DNA of 64,000 bases from Amoebidium appalachense (GCA_963693365.1 CAVNZM010000003.1:9856782-9920781), one strand, 5' to 3'. Counted from the first letter of the stretch, positions 1 to 15,372 are shown. Numbers and translations are program-made. The notes: generated by a model from the sequence alone, not told the origin.

Positions 1-34
1 TGAAAGTTTCAAGTGATCGAACAAGTGATCGAAC

Positions 35-104
<70 letters not shown>

Positions 105-652
105 GGGGTTACTACCGGGTTTTAGACTCATCCAGATTTGTGAGCGTGAACCTGCATAATCATATATAGCATCATCTTGTTCATTACTGGCCGTGCGTTA
201 TGTGATAATGAATGACTTTACAGTAGTAAACCCGCATCGGAGCATGCAAGAAGTTGTCCTCAACATGTGCACGATAACTACGTGTGATCAACTACCCACT
301 GACTACTCAGACTACATTATGTACCTTCAACTTATTATCTCACTATAGAAGCCTACCTCCACCTTTTTAGTACCAACCATTTCTCTGTAAACAAGTCTTT
401 AACCCCCTGTAGCTTACATCCGCCCTCCATATGCATCAACCGTTGAGTCACATGCCTCTGGGGACCGGGCAATATAATATAGCAAGGCAAGAAAAAACAT
501 TCACATCAACTAAGTTTCACACACAAATTACCCTTAAACAACCACATCGTATGTACACATTAAAGTGCCTGCGCGTCTGAATAAAAGAACACACTGGGTT
601 TAAAATTTCACAAGGTTAAGCAACGAGAAATCTGGCACATGTGTACACGACC

Positions 653-697
<45 letters not shown>

Positions 698-1031
698 TTC
701 CCGTCCCCTCTCTTTTCCCCTGGGATGCCTGTCAAGGATTTACGAACATGATAACGGTTGTTCAAAAACTTTGCGAACATGCACCACAACCACTTTTTTT
801 TTCGTTTGCAGGCTTTTCTTAAATGTTCCTTTTTTCCTTTTCCTTTTTCTCTCTCTGTGTGTGTGGGGGGGGGGGAGGAGGGGGCGGGGGGAAGGAAATA
901 AAATGCTGGATTTTTATTGGTGGACGCCATCTGTGCAGGCATCAAAAGGTCACATTCAATGTAGAGCCATGCATGCTCGTTTTTAGCTCCAAAGTGCGTT
1001 AGCACACTTTCATGCCGGCCGGGCCAGTCAT

Positions 1032-1077
<46 letters not shown>

Positions 1078-1403
1078 TTCCCCCCTCCTCCTCCACCCCC
1101 TCCCCCCTGGTGGCACCCCCCCACCCCCTTCGTCCAATCCCCACTCTGTACTCCTCCCTGGTATTCTCCTGCTGGCGCCTCCTCTCATGCACTGCTATAT
1201 ATGGGTGAGCCAAACCAATGTGAAGGAGAGAAGCGCTATGATTCTCTACTATGTGTATTGACAGAACAAAGCGTGGACGAGTTTTACGGATATAATAAGA
1301 CAAGGCAGAATGATCTGCATTACACAATACCCCTCACCTCCCCCTCCCCACCCCCCCCCTTTGTCTGCCCCTCCCTCTCTTACTTTCTCTCGTTCTCTCC
1401 TCT

Positions 1404-1448
<45 letters not shown>

Positions 1449-1891
1449 TTAAAAATTCTCTCTCTCTTTCTCTCTTTCTCTCTCTCTCTCCTCCCTCCCC
1501 CCCCCCCCTCTCTCTCTGTGTGTGTGCGTCGGTCAATGGTGGTGGTATGTAGTGGTGGTGGTGGTGGAGTGTGCGTGCGCGCGCTCATGCACGTGTGCAT
1601 ACCAAATACTTCTTTCCTTGCAAAACTTCGGGTGGGCCGAGAGGGGAGGGGGGGGAGTAAGGGCTGAGGGGAGGGGGGAGGGGTGGAGGGGGAGAAGGGG
1701 GGGGGGGGGGGGGGGGGGGGGGAAGGGGGAGGGTAGATGAGAGGGGAGGAAGGGGGTGGGGGGGGGGGGGGTGGGGGGAGGAGGGAGGGATGGTGGTTCG
1801 AAATGTCTTTGTAGCTTTCGATCAATGCATCGGGTAAGTCATTTCACCAGTGAAATTTTTGATTTTTATTTAGTTTTTTTGGTGTTTGTGT

Positions 1892-1947
<56 letters not shown>

Positions 1948-2028
1948 GAGAGAGAGATAGAGGGAGAGAGATAGAGGGAGAGAGAGAGAGAGAGACCGAA
2001 GGGGGGGGTGGGAAGGGGAAGAGGGGAA

Positions 2029-2059
<31 letters not shown>

Positions 2060-2561
2060 CTCTGGAGCTGTCTGTGCATTAAGCAGCAATGATAAAGCCA
2101 TTTTCTTGTTGCAATCAGCCTGGTGGTTAAAGTTTACTGAGGTGTTTATGCAGGGGTGCAATGGTGTCGGAGGGAGCTTTTACACCCACTCTTCAGAATA
2201 GCTGTTTGTGGCCAATGGCGGTTGGTGTGGGTGGTGGGCTGAGCTCAAACTGCTAATATTAAGCCTGGCATGCATCAACCACCACAATTGACCAACGAGA
2301 AAACGAAGGAAAGATGAGGTTAAGCATCAGTGTGCTTTTATTGGTCGCTCCCCCAGGCCAATCAGGAAACACGACATGGACCCCACGGATATGCACATCC
2401 ACATTATACAGATGAAACTACACCCCTTTGTTTATGTCAAATGCTACACGGCCATAAGCTAAAACCAAAAACCTGGCACACTAATTAAGCAACTACAAAC
2501 AAGATAACCAAGACTAGCAAACCAAACCTGTAAGGCGGGAAAAAAAAAGGAAAAACAAAAA

Positions 2562-2618
<57 letters not shown>

Positions 2619-4647
2619 ATGTGGCATATGATGCCAGGGATATGGCATTCGATGATTAAAAACTGGCCATGGAGGAGGCCACAAGTTGTGTGGATTTTTA
2701 GGAAAACAATATGATATCGCAGAAACGGGCAAGGCTCTGTCATCGACCTTGGATAGAGGGCAAGCTCCGGTAGGAGCAGGGATGGCGGTGGCGTGTGTGC
2801 GTGTGTGTGTGTGTGCGTGTGTATGTGTATGTGTGTGTGTGTGTGTGTGTCAGTGTGTGTGTGTGTGTTTAGTGGGTGGGTGGGGAGAGGGCTGTTTTGT
2901 AGGTATCCGCCCTTCTTCCCCGTCTCTTGGTAACCCCCAAAACACCCACACACACACACCTACCCACCCACCCACACCCACACACACACATGCACACACA
3001 CACACTGAGTCAGTATGAGTTTTGGAATAGTCTCATTGCCGGTAGGCCCCCCCTCCCTCCCCCCAGCTGTTACCGCCCCCAGCACACGCACACACAAACA
3101 CGCACGCGCGCACGCACACACACACGCCCGCCCGCCCGCCCGCCCGCCCGCCCGCCCGCACGCACGCACGCACACACGCACACACACACACACGCGTCGG
3201 TTCAAGGCTGCTAATATTAGGAAACCCCATGCCCACCACTTTTAACTGAAAAAATTTCCCCAGTATTTTGAAACTTCATAATAGTCTCAGCCTGGCATTT
3301 CACCAAATATAAATCATCGAAGACCTATAATACCCAATGACCTCCTACCTTACCTCATATCGCCCTACCTTACATTTTTCTCGGCTGCCCTACCGTCCGG
3401 GAATTTCAACGCACGAAGCTTAATTTGTTATGGTCCGAGGGTTCTGTATTGCTTAGTATTCCCGGCATGTAACTTAAACCTAGACATTTATACGTACTAA
3501 TGCCGTAGAAGCTCATCACCCGTGATACATAACACACACCCTGGCATTTGTAACTCGGATTCTTCAATTTGGGCCTAACTGAATTAGTCAGATGCGCTTT
3601 CCTTGAACTCAACATACGATAAACATATTCTTGTGTGGTTCAAGTATTTTTTTGCGCCCTTCTAAAGCGAAGCTGGGATAAACTTTGAAAAGGCGCTCGA
3701 GTATTGATACATATGCTTGAAACTTCTGTGTATTGATTTGGGCAGTAGTGGTATTTGTTGCCGTACAAGCTGTAAACACAGCTGGACAAAAACAAAGGGA
3801 AATTTTGCTTCTGGGCGAATTGAATTCCGGAGCGGGTAAGCCGTGTACTTTGTCGTGTTAAACTTGATTTGTTAGCTCAGAGAACTGTCTAGTCAAAATC
3901 AATAACTGTTGACTCGTTCCTTTTATACTCTCAACCATGATTGCAATGAAACAGATCTATTGAAACGGACGTTTCGGCACGTTTATGCTCTATTAGCGCC
4001 CTTGGTCCGTCACGTTTCTCTGTTTGTGTTTTTGATCTGGCGGTATCCACATGTTGCAAACAAAAGGTGGGGCGTGGTGACGAACCATCCAATCGCAGCG
4101 CCTGACCTTATCTTATGAGAAACCCTCTAGATCTGGGGCTTATTTATCGAATTGGGTAGCCTTATACTAAAAATGTTTATCACAAGTTAAGCGATTATAA
4201 GAGTTATAATGATGCTTTTGTGTTAAATTTCGGGAATATTTTATATTTGTACAATTACTTCTAGGGTTACAGTTTTTGCAGCTAAATACTTCTGCATTTG
4301 TGATTGAGGGGCAAATGTTTTTTGTTTGAGTGCTCTTTTCTAGGGGTTTATTGTGTAAGTATTCTGAGTGGGCCACTCGGCACGCACCACAAGATCTAAC
4401 GGTCCCTTCCGAGCCAATCAAAAAAAGAAGCGGCTCTTTGTATGACTATACACGAATCGCTGATATAGTTTAAAACAACGTCTAGCGATAGGCTAAAAAT
4501 GCATTTCGTGATTTTGAAAACGTGAGTTGATTCGCCTAGACATCACCTTTGGCCTCAGAACTAAACACGTTTCGCCGAAGCGTTTTTGTTATAAAATTAA
4601 ACATAAGATTTAATTAAGATAGATGTCCAATGGTACATAATAGTTAA

Positions 4648-4941
4648 AGGGGGTTTCTTTGAGCTTTTCGGGCCGGGTCGGGTCAGAGGCGATTCTAGCT
4701 ATATGATTGGTGTGCTGCGCATCAATTGCGCACCATGGTTTGGCTGGAAGCAAGGTACAGATGCGCCATAATACAAGAAAAAAGAAAAAGAAAAGAGAAA
4801 AAAAGAAAATAAGAATGGAATAATAATAATAAAGCGTTTGGAATAAGACTGCAGTTCATATCATGATTTATATGCTGAATAAATGGCTTGACCCGGATGT
4901 GCTGGAATTGGTGCAATTAATCGGCCTAAAAGAAACCCCCT
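4648..4941. mobile_element. Non-autonomous DNA transposon (MITE), PIF/Harbinger (Tourist)-like
   Basis: Terminal inverted repeats AGGGGGTTTCTTT (4648) and AAAGAAACCCCCT (ends 4941), flanked by TAA on both sides (4645-4647, 4942-4944). A near-identical right end (aatcggcctaaaagaaaccctcct-taa) recurs at about 61611-61637. Confidence 0.65.
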
Positions 4942-5583
4942 TAATAGGTTTCTACGATAAAATCACGTAACAAGTTCCAGATCGCTGCCCTTTTATTGGC
5001 GCAGATGGAATTATACGAATCTGGAAGAAGAAAAATTAGTGTAGGCTCCGACGTTGTACACCTTATTTTTGGCTACATATTATGGCTTAACAATATAGCT
5101 TCCTTTTTAAAAAAACTAATTATTAAGTATAAATATATGTGTTTAGCTATAGTTTTTACCTATGTATGTACAAAAACTTGGCTGGCTAGCATTCAAAGGC
5201 TTGACGTTTGTGCTTGAGCAGGCACGAGGGTCGAGTTTGCTTCGCTCCGGGCCGCACACAGCGGCATGTTGACGGGGGGCGGTGCGCCGGCATCAACCGG
5301 CCAACCGTCACTGGCAGGCACCCTTTTTTTTTTTTTTTTTTTTTTTTTTGTTCTTTGCAAGCGCCTCACCGGGCTTATCTCCTTCCGCTTACCATAACTT
5401 GGAAGAAAAGGTACCGGTTTACGGTTTAAGTCTTTTTGAGCTTTTTCTTCGTGCATTACTTCTAGCGTAGAAAAGCGTGTTTCGGCACCCGTTTTGGACG
5501 CACCACACGTTCAACATCTGTGGAGTGGTGCGTGAGGTGAAGCCGAAAAACGGTCGAACAGCTCCGTACGGCTTATACTCAAC

Positions 5584-5621
5584 ACGTCACTTGTATTGGT
5601 TGGTGTTATGAAACCGGAAGT
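5584..5621 (+). promoter_or_regulatory. Candidate proximal promoter motifs of the zinc-finger gene
   Basis: ACGTCA (CRE-like), ATTGG (inverted CCAAT) and CCGGAAGT clustered 150-190 bp upstream of the ATG at 5771. Short motifs, so function is inferred only. Confidence 0.3.
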
Positions 5622-5770
5622 TAGAGAGTTATATATGTTGGTCACCATTTATTAGAAACCTTTTTGGAACAGCTGTTTCTTGCTTGTGGTCGAGTGTGCG
5701 TTTCCTCAAGCAAGTTTGCCCACCATCAGTCAAGTAAAACTTGACGCTTAGTTTTCATCGATCAGACAAC

Positions 5771-7806
5771 ATGAGTGCGCCACCACCGCCGTCAAGCAAC
5801 ACCAAGGGTGTTCCTCCCGGGGGGATTCTCCCAATCACCCCCGCCACAGGGCCTCGTGTTCGTTCAAACAACAGTTATGGATGTCAGTTTGGGTGCGCTG
5901 GGAGGCGCTACAGTAACCAACATTCAAGACGCCAGCACTATCGCCGTCACCACAAGGATCAGATAAACAACTTGCTGAAGATGAGGCGCAACGGAAAGTT
6001 TCTCGATTCAGACGGGTAGGTGTGCTGTTTGTTTTGTGGCCTGTTTGTGACGGAGGATGTTGTGGGTGATGTGTTGTAAGAGTCGATTGTGTTGGTGGAG
6101 TTAGATAGTCAAGAGAACAGAGCTTCATGTAAGAATTGTCTTGTGCTACTGTGGCATGTGTCCACATATCTTCACGACAGCATGGTTTTTTCCTTTCATG
6201 CATCCTCTTTCTGGCTTTTATACCTCCGGCTGCTCTTGCAGGTTGCATGTGCTTTGTTTGCTCGAATTCGGTGTAAAATTTCTTCGTTGTGTTCAGCACA
6301 CAAGTCGGTCGAGCCTGGCTCTACACTGCTTCTCGTTGAAGCATTCCTTGGTTGCTCTCTTTAAAGCTGAAGGTTGGGTACACGTGGGGAGCAGACCTTA
6401 GTTTAGGCAGATAGAGCCACGTAGGTTCTCGGGTTTAGGTCATACAAACAGCAGCTGTCAGGGGTTTTCAAGGTACTGTAGATAGCTCTTTTCCGAACTG
6501 CTAGAATCAAGTGCTACAAACTGTCCTTGATACTTGGTATATAAGTGAACACATACCTGTGAGTTTAGACTTGTTGAACTCGTTTCTGTGAACTTACGAC
6601 TGTTCTGTCATGACGAAGATGAAACACTGCCATGCTCCTTATCATACTCCTTATTCGATGATGGTCTTACACTCTGGCTGGTCTTTCTCTTCTAGGTATC
6701 CGAGTGGATTGTGTATGACTTGGCTTGTTTGTTTTTTTTGCTGGGGAACATGTTTGGCAGAAGGATACTTATCTTGCAGAGCCGACTGCTGTGCCATGTT
6801 TTGATATGCTCCACCGAGCAAGCACGTATGAGTTGCACATGTTGCCATTGCCCACAGTATGCTCGTGTGCAACACAAGCAGCACAAGCACTACACTGCTG
6901 ATACACGTATGAGAGTTTTTTTGCATGTAAACTGCTTTTGCTTCGGGTTACCTTCCTACGTCATCACATCCTCTTGTTGCCATTCAGTGCTATGCTTCTT
7001 CTTCGTTATCACCCGTGCATATCATATTTACACACGTGTACAGTGTTCAGATTAACAAGCATCCTTTTACCCGTTGTTGAACTTTGATGCTTGAGAAGCA
7101 TTTATGTCCAAATGTCCAATAGATCACTTACCCCTCCCTTGTGCCGTTTCGATTTTGCAACTAGGCATACTCTTGATTGCATCGCTTATCAGCAGACACC
7201 TGCATCATCCATTTTCCCCTGAAACGGGGGTTTGCTTGGTCGATAGTCTCACAAGAGATCACACACACCACAGGCTTCCCGTGCCTATCGCCTCTGCAGA
7301 CACCAAGCCGGGTGCGTTCCCTTACTACCAAACTGAGGGCGACGAGAAGGATGAGGATGGAGAGCCAGCACCGGCCCAAGACGTGAATGACTTTGTCTAC
7401 TTCTTGGCCCAGGTGAGAAACATGCGGATGAATTGTGGATGTGTCTTCTTTGGTGATGTGGGAATGTGTGGGAATGCGCAGTTTTTTTTTTTTTTTGTTT
7501 GTTTGTTTTTGTTGTGTCTGAATGTGAGAGACACGTGGGGTGCGAGAGGGAAGGATAAACGGAGAATTCGACGAGAGTGATACGGAGGGTAAGAGAGAGC
7601 GAGAGACAGACAGAGAGAAAGTGAGACGGTGTGCTGGTGGGCCTGTCTGGAAAGATAGTCAGGTCAGTGGTTTGGGTGGTGGAAAGTTGTAGAGGGGGTG
7701 AGGAGGTGAGGAGGGAGAGAGAGTGAGGGGGGGGAGGGGCAGGGGAGGAGAGAGAGAGAGAGACAGAGAGAGGGAGGGAGGGAGAGGGGGGGGGGAGGGG
7801 GGGGGG

Positions 7807-7856
<50 letters not shown>

Positions 7857-8311
7857 GGGAGAGAGAGAGAGAGAGAAGAGGCCAGAAGGGAGATGGATAA
7901 GAAAAAGAGACACTGTCGGTGTCCGAATGCGTACATTTGTGCCTACATATTCCTTACTAGATGTATATGCATAAGCGTGCACATTAATTTCAGGGAGGTG
8001 TAATTTGGGTGCGCATGAGTGCCTGCGCGTCTGGGCCACCCGGCAGGGGGGGAAGGGTGGGGACGGGGGGGGGGGGGGGGGGGGGGGGAAGGGGTATGTG
8101 ACTTTGTTTTCTCTTCGTGCATTATAAGCGCACCATCTTATTTTTTTGGGTAGTCCGTAACAGTTGGGGTTGCAGAAGGGTATTGTAGGAGTGTGCGGGT
8201 GCGAAAGGGGGGAAAGGTAGGACCAAAGATATGGGGTTGGGCGTGCAGTATGCACATGCCTGGCAGTGCTTTAGTGGTTGCGAGAGTGGTTAGCGGTGGT
8301 TTGTGTGTGTT

Positions 8312-8363
<52 letters not shown>

Positions 8364-10014
8364 GGGGGGGGGTGGGGGTGGGGTTGTCCCCGGGTGGCTA
8401 GTCAATCTGGATTTAAATCTGAAGACGGGTAGTTAAGCATTGACCCCCCCCCCCCCCCCCCCCCCCGCCCCATCCCCCCCGCCCCTCTCCCTCCCCACCT
8501 TTATCCCTAAACACAGGTGAATCAGCGCGAGCGCAGGGGTAAAGAGAAGGCCGAACCGGGCGAGTCGAGCGGCCAAAACAGCTCCGGGGAGGGCCACTCC
8601 ACGGAAGACAGCGCCACGGAGAGCCGCACGGCCTCACCATCTCCCCCTCAGTCACCAACCGCTAAGAAGCGCAAGGAGAAGAAACCCAAAAACGGGACAC
8701 AGGCAACCCCCGCCGCCCCCGCCACTACCACCCCTGCGCATGCACAGCCAGCGCTTGCACCCGTCCCCCCCCAGGCGCACCCTCCCCAGGGGTACGCACA
8801 CCCACCCGAGGGATACGGTGCACACCCACAACACTACCCGCCCCACCCGGCAATGATGCACGGGATGGCGCCCCCTCCTCCCCCCGGGCGCTGCGGCCGC
8901 GTACCAGATGCCCCCCGCCTTCCGGATATGCACCCCACCCTCAAGCCATGATGCCGCCACCCCCACCCCCCCAGGCACAAACCCTGTCTGCCCCTCCGTC
9001 TTCGACGGCGGTGGCTCCGGGGGGACACGGTGGAACGGTTACGGTGATGGGGAGCAGCGTTCTTCCGACGTATGTCCCTCGCGAAATGGCGCTTTCTGGC
9101 GTGATTGCTCAGTGCGTGCTGTCCAACCCGAACATGTCTGCGCAGGACGTTGAGATGTACGTGAGGAGCGCTCACCCTGCCCTTTACGAACCTTACACCA
9201 TTTCCAGGCTCATACAGCTGCACGTTATCATTGCACAGAACCTAAAGAGGGGCGCCCAGTTTGTCTCGGCTTCGAACCCTCCCGCCACCCCCGCCACGGC
9301 CCCTGCGACACCGTATGGTTCCGGCGCCCCACCTCAACAGAGTAATGTTTCTGGGTCGGAGCAGCCGGGAGTTACCCCCATGACACCTGTGAATGGAGAG
9401 TATGGGGGTGGAGAGGGGGAGGAGGAGGAGAGGAAACCCACGGCAAAGGGAGGGAAGGGGAGGAAGAGGGGTGGGGCAGCGGCTGCTGCAAAGAAGGAAA
9501 AGGCGGAGAAGGAAGAAGGGGAAGGTCAAGGGGAGGGGGAGGAGAAGAAAGAGGAAGGGGAGAAGCCGGCTAAGGGGAGGAAGGGGAAGAAGAAGCAAGC
9601 AGCCACTGCTGTGGCGGCCCCTGCCGAGGCGGAGGGGGAGGGAGAGGGTGGTGAGGAAAACAAAAACACACAGAATGAGGAAGGGACAGTGGCAGCGGCA
9701 CCTAAACGGGGTCGTGGGACACAACGGATGGCGGTGAAGGAAGAGGAGGATGGGGACTCCACACAGGAGGATACACCCCAGCCACCACCGGCCAAAAAGG
9801 CAAAAGGGGCTGCGGCGGGCGGGGCAGGGAAAAAGTCTGAGAAAGAGAAGGAAAAGGAAGAGGAAAAAGAAAATGAAAAGGAAAAGACGGCTGCTGACGA
9901 GAGTGTGAAGAATGTGGATACGGAGGCGGCGGCTGAAAATGCGAAGGAGCAGAAGGTGTGTATGTTTTGAGTATTTTTCCCTTTATACTATATTCCCACC
10001 TTCGTTCACACAGA

Positions 10015-10047
<33 letters not shown>

Positions 10048-10262
10048 GCACGCACACAAGAATGCACACACACATACAGACAGACACAAACACACAAGCA
10101 TACACACGCACACACGTGCACACATTGGACACACGCGCGCGTGCGCGCACGCACACGCACACACGTGCGCGCAGACGTGTGATTGGACGATGTGTACACC
10201 TGCATCAACTTCCTTAACGGCACCTCAGCATACACACATACACAGGCACGTACGCATGCGCG

Positions 10263-10295
<33 letters not shown>

Positions 10296-10476
10296 GCAGA
10301 CAGATGTGTTCCCAATCGTGCTCACACACCCACACAAAAACGTGCAAATTCATGTGTTCGTACCTTTTTCAGCAGCCCCCCCCCCCTCCCCCCCCCCCCC
10401 CCCTCCACCTCCTCCCCCTGACGTTTTGTAGTTTGTCCTTAGTTGTCACCTCCATATATCCAACACTCTAATGCAT

Positions 10477-10514
<38 letters not shown>

Positions 10515-10859
10515 AGCTTACCCACCCACCCACTCACCACCACCACCACTACTGCAACTTTCCCCCCGTCCTTTATCAGAAACAAGATCCTTGATAGAAA
10601 AAGGTTGGCTGCTCTGAATGCAGACGAAATTGGAAAGCAGTGTTCATCCGTGAGTGGGGGTTGTGTGTGCCTGATTTGGGTGACTTGCGTTTGTGGGTTT
10701 GTGCTTTTGTGCATGGAAAAGCAGGAAACTGTGCTGCAGGGGTTAAATGTTCTGATAACAGTTTGTGTGCTATCACAGCCGAGGAAGGCCAGGGGTAAAA
10801 AGGCAAAGGAACCTGTTAAGGAGGCAGAACCGGAGGAGAATGCTGGGGAGGAGGAGTGA
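5771..10859 (+). CDS. Hypothetical nuclear protein with one N-terminal C2H2 zinc finger, Pro-rich and Glu/Lys-rich regions (about 633 aa)
   Basis: Exons 5771-6015, 7274-7412, 8517-9955 and 10779-10859, joined by GT-AG introns with matching phases. Motif [26 protein letters not shown] fits C-x3-C-x13-H-x3/4-H. Several KR-rich NLS-like stretches. Exon 3 reads through only if one C is removed from each of two C6 runs (8880-8885, 8911-8916). Confidence 0.75.
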
Positions 10860-11058
10860 ACACTACAGGTGGGTGGGTGTTTGGGGGGGGGGGGGGGGGG
10901 GGGGGGGGGTGCGTGGGGGGTGGGGAGGGGGGGGGTGCGTGTGTGTGTGCGTGCACGCGCGCGCGTGTGTAAATACGTGTGTGTGTGTGCATGTTACTGA
11001 ATAGGGGGATGGGTGGTTGTGGATGAATTGGATGACGGGTGTTCACTGATTGATGATG

Positions 11059-11103
<45 letters not shown>

Positions 11104-11904
11104 TGTTTGTATGTGTGGATGCGCTGGTGTAAGGGAAGAAGGGGAGACGTGGAGATGTGGTTGTGGATGTATGGGGTGACGGGTGTGCATTGTGGTTGAT
11201 TCTGGTGTGCTCACTTGACGTGTGTGTGTGTGTGTGTGTGTTTGTATGTCTCACTGTGTGTCTCGGTGGTACGAGAAGTGTTTGAGGTGGGTGGGTGGTG
11301 GTGGTGGTTCACTTTTTTTTTTTTTTTTTTTTTTTTTGGGTGGGGGGGGGGGGGGAGAGGGGGGGGGGGGGGGGGGGGGGGGGATTGAGTGTTACATACC
11401 CGTGCTTTCGGTGTTGGGTGCCACACTGGGCACCCAACACATTATTCATCGAGCTTGTCTCCTGCCGTGTGTTCAGTATACTGGAGTAATCCATTCTGCC
11501 TTTTCCTCTGTGCTTTTATATATTTTCTTGCATATCTCCGTTTTGTGGTTATGATATACAGTCGTCGCCTGCATTTGTGTCCACCCTTAAGCCTTTGTGC
11601 AGCAGTGTGTGTTTGCACAGTTTTCCACACATGCATACACAAGCCCACGCACGCGCACAACCACATGCACACACACACACATACTTGCAAACGTGGCTCG
11701 GTTTTGTTGTAATGGATCTCCTCTTCTTTTGTATGAGCTGGTGTATGCGTGTGTGTGGATGCGCTCGTTCTTGGCATACGCATGCATATGTGTGCGTGCA
11801 TGTATTATTGCGTGTGCATGTGTGTGTACGCGGGCTCCAGCGCGAGATAATGTACCGAGGGAGCGGTGTGAAGGGGTGGTGGGTGTGTGTGTGGGTGGGT
11901 GGGT

Positions 11905-11970
<66 letters not shown>

Positions 11971-12052
11971 AGCCATCGACTCGTCAAGATGAATTGACCA
12001 TTAATGATGCTACACAGGGGCCAAGTATTGATGGCGGCAGCAGGGGGCTCCC

Positions 12053-12083
<31 letters not shown>

Positions 12084-12310
12084 CCCCACCCTCAGCTATA
12101 ATTTGCTGTTATGGTTGCAGTTTTTTCTTGTTTATTTACCTTCTGCCTCCCGGCTGTGCATCACCAAGCAGACTTGGCTTGGCGGTTCGAGTTTGAGGTG
12201 GGTTTTTTGGGCCGGGGATATACATTTACACAGCCTACGGTAGAAAATTAGTAGAGGGTGAAGAGCGGAGGGTGGTGTATATAGCGGTGGGTCATCTGAG
12301 GGTGTTTGCA

Positions 12311-12360
<50 letters not shown>

Positions 12361-12515
12361 TTCCCTTAATTTCTGTGGCGTTAATTTATATGCTTGCCAG
12401 CTACTTTCTCTATGAGCAATGTAAAAACGTGGCATCTTTACACGGTCAGTGAACAGGCAGGTCTGGGCGAGGGGATGTGTTGATGTGTGGTGGTCGTGTT
12501 GGTTGTGTTGTGTGT

Positions 12516-12577
<62 letters not shown>

Positions 12578-13865
12578 AGTAGATGATGTGGTGACCTGCT
12601 GGTAAGTTATATGTCTCCACTCTGTTGGATCGTGCTACAAAAAAGCGTGTGCTATTTGGTTTTTTACCTTTCTTCCCATACCTTTTTTGCATAGGGGGTC
12701 CTGATGGCCATATTATATTACTGCCTAACATTGTAATGAATTTGATATTCCTGTTATCCCCAACGTTATTTGCACGACAAGAAGAAAAAAATGAGTGAAG
12801 TTTTAGCGATGGTGGTGATGGATTTGGTTAGACATACATAGTGCAGGGCTGGGCGTCTATTATCTACATAGTCACAAAGCGTTTGGTATAAATATACCAC
12901 GCCGACACCTAACATGTAAATCCCATTCTGGATAGTCTCAGGATCACTTAATGCGGCACAGCAATAAATATCGCTTGGGCCCAAGCTGGTACTTTGATGC
13001 CTTGTATGTATGTGCTGTATATGGATCACGTGATATTCTAGGCCACTGATTGGTCCATTCCATCGCAACAGTGAAAGTGCCACATATTTGCTGCTGTGTT
13101 TCCCGTCGTTGATCACGCAAATCCTACATGAACCGAGCTGCCATGTGTGCAAGTGTCGTTGGCCTCCCAATAAATTCAATAATAGGAGCTTGTGTGGCTA
13201 AAATTTGTGTGTTTTGAAGCAGTGGTCGTGGTGGACCAGGTGCACATGGGGGGCAGGCTTGTTTCTTTTCAATACATAAATTTTTGTATTATGATTCTTG
13301 TACGTATACACAGTCACCAGGCCTGACGAAACTGTAGCAAGGACAGAGATCTGGGAGCCCCCCCCCCCCCTCCCCCCCCCACAACCACCACCACCACCAC
13401 CACATAAAAAACACACACGCACACACACACAGAGATTCACACCACCACCACCACCACAAAAAAGAAAAAGAAACTTTAGAAACTTAAGAAAAAAAAGAAA
13501 GAAAAGAAGTATATATACGGGGAAAAAAAAAAAAAAAAAAAGGCCAAAAATTTGGTGACTTTCTAAATATGGACCAACCGGACGATAACGGATCATATGC
13601 GCACAGGCCCGAAAATTCAGATTTTTCGGGTGGTATTTTCAAAAACACGGATCTAATTTCGACGAAATTCGTTGGTACTTTTGGTACCATCGCTTTCTAA
13701 GCTAGTTTTTCTAGTATATACTTTTTGCGCATAGTTTGTGCAATTTGTATGAGAGAACCTCGGGTGTCGATCGGGCTGTCGGCCTTGCCTAGACGTAACA
13801 TGGTGTACCTGTTTGATGTGTGCCTGTTTGATGTGTGCCAGGGTGTGTGTGCGCCGTGCTAGTGC

Positions 13866-13880
13866 CCGCGCACGCCGTGT

Positions 13881-13975
<95 letters not shown>

Positions 13976-14052
13976 AATGAGTGAACGTGTGTGTGTGTTG
14001 TGCGTTTGCAATTGTGTGTGTGTGCGCGCGCGCATGTGTGTGTGTGTGTGTA

Positions 14053-14104
<52 letters not shown>

Positions 14105-14125
14105 TCATTTTTTGTGCTTTTGTGT

Positions 14126-14204
<79 letters not shown>

Positions 14205-14219
14205 ACACACGTACACACA

Positions 14220-14301
<82 letters not shown>

Positions 14302-14350
14302 CGCGTGCGCGCGCACACACAAACACAACACACACACACACGTTCACTCA

Positions 14351-14397
<47 letters not shown>

Positions 14398-14400
14398 TGA
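13866..14400. repeat. Fold-back (GT)n/(CA)n inverted repeat
   Basis: (GT)n arm and (CA)n arm share non-microsatellite landmarks in inverted orientation (gagtgaacgtg at about 13979 versus cacgttcactc at about 14339), around a short spacer at about 14101-14128. Confidence 0.75.
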
Positions 14401-14419
14401 CACACACACACACACTGTG

Positions 14420-14473
<54 letters not shown>

Positions 14474-14661
14474 CGGCACACACACACACACAGTGTCACA
14501 CACACACACACACACACACAGACACACACACAGACACACACACACAGACACACACAGACACACCACATAAGCACACATCATAGTACACACACACACACAC
14601 GTCACACACAAACACCCAACACACACACACACATGCACACGCATGCACACACGCACACAAA

Positions 14662-14771
<110 letters not shown>

Positions 14772-15120
14772 GACACACACCGACACACACACACGCACGC
14801 ACGCACACACACACACACACACGGACGCACGCACACACACACACACACACACACACCGACACACACCGACACACACACACGCACGCACGCACGCACACAC
14901 ACACACACGGACGCACGCACACACACACACGCACACACACACACCATGTGATACATACACATGCACGGGCGCATGCCACCCCACGGTGTGACTCCGAGGC
15001 TGAAACTCGAGGCTGTGCAACGTTTTGTTTTATACCAGGCAGAGTGCAGACCGTGCTCTAAGTTAGCAATCAATATGTCGGTTTCTGCCAACTTTCTGGC
15101 CCACCCCCTACCGGGAAGGG

Positions 15121-15372
15121 AAAAAACTGTAAATTAATTGCACTTCCTAAACAATATGAAGAAGAAAAATGGTTCCGTGGGTCTGTATAGCAACACCGTG
15201 CCATGAAAAAAACTTGCAGACAGAAAAGAACCCCTCTGTTATTATAAAATTAGAAAGTCATTTCCTAAGCAACATGAATAAGAAAAATGGTGTCGCGGTA
15301 TGTATTGCAACACCGTGCTATGGAGGGAGGGGAAAAAAAAAAATGCAGACAGAGAAGAACCCCTTTGTTATG
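15121..15372 (+). repeat. Diverged tandem duplication of about 120 bp
   Basis: Two copies of ttccta..caa..tgaa..agaaaaatgg...caacaccgtgc.atg...tgcagacaga.aagaacccct.tgtta at about 15143-15241 and 15261-15370. Confidence 0.75.

Noticed and set aside
12766-13179. 137-aa minus-strand ORF in non-repetitive DNA
   Set aside because: No recognisable motif or splice structure. It may be decayed transposon sequence, as may 121-600 and 3400-3800.
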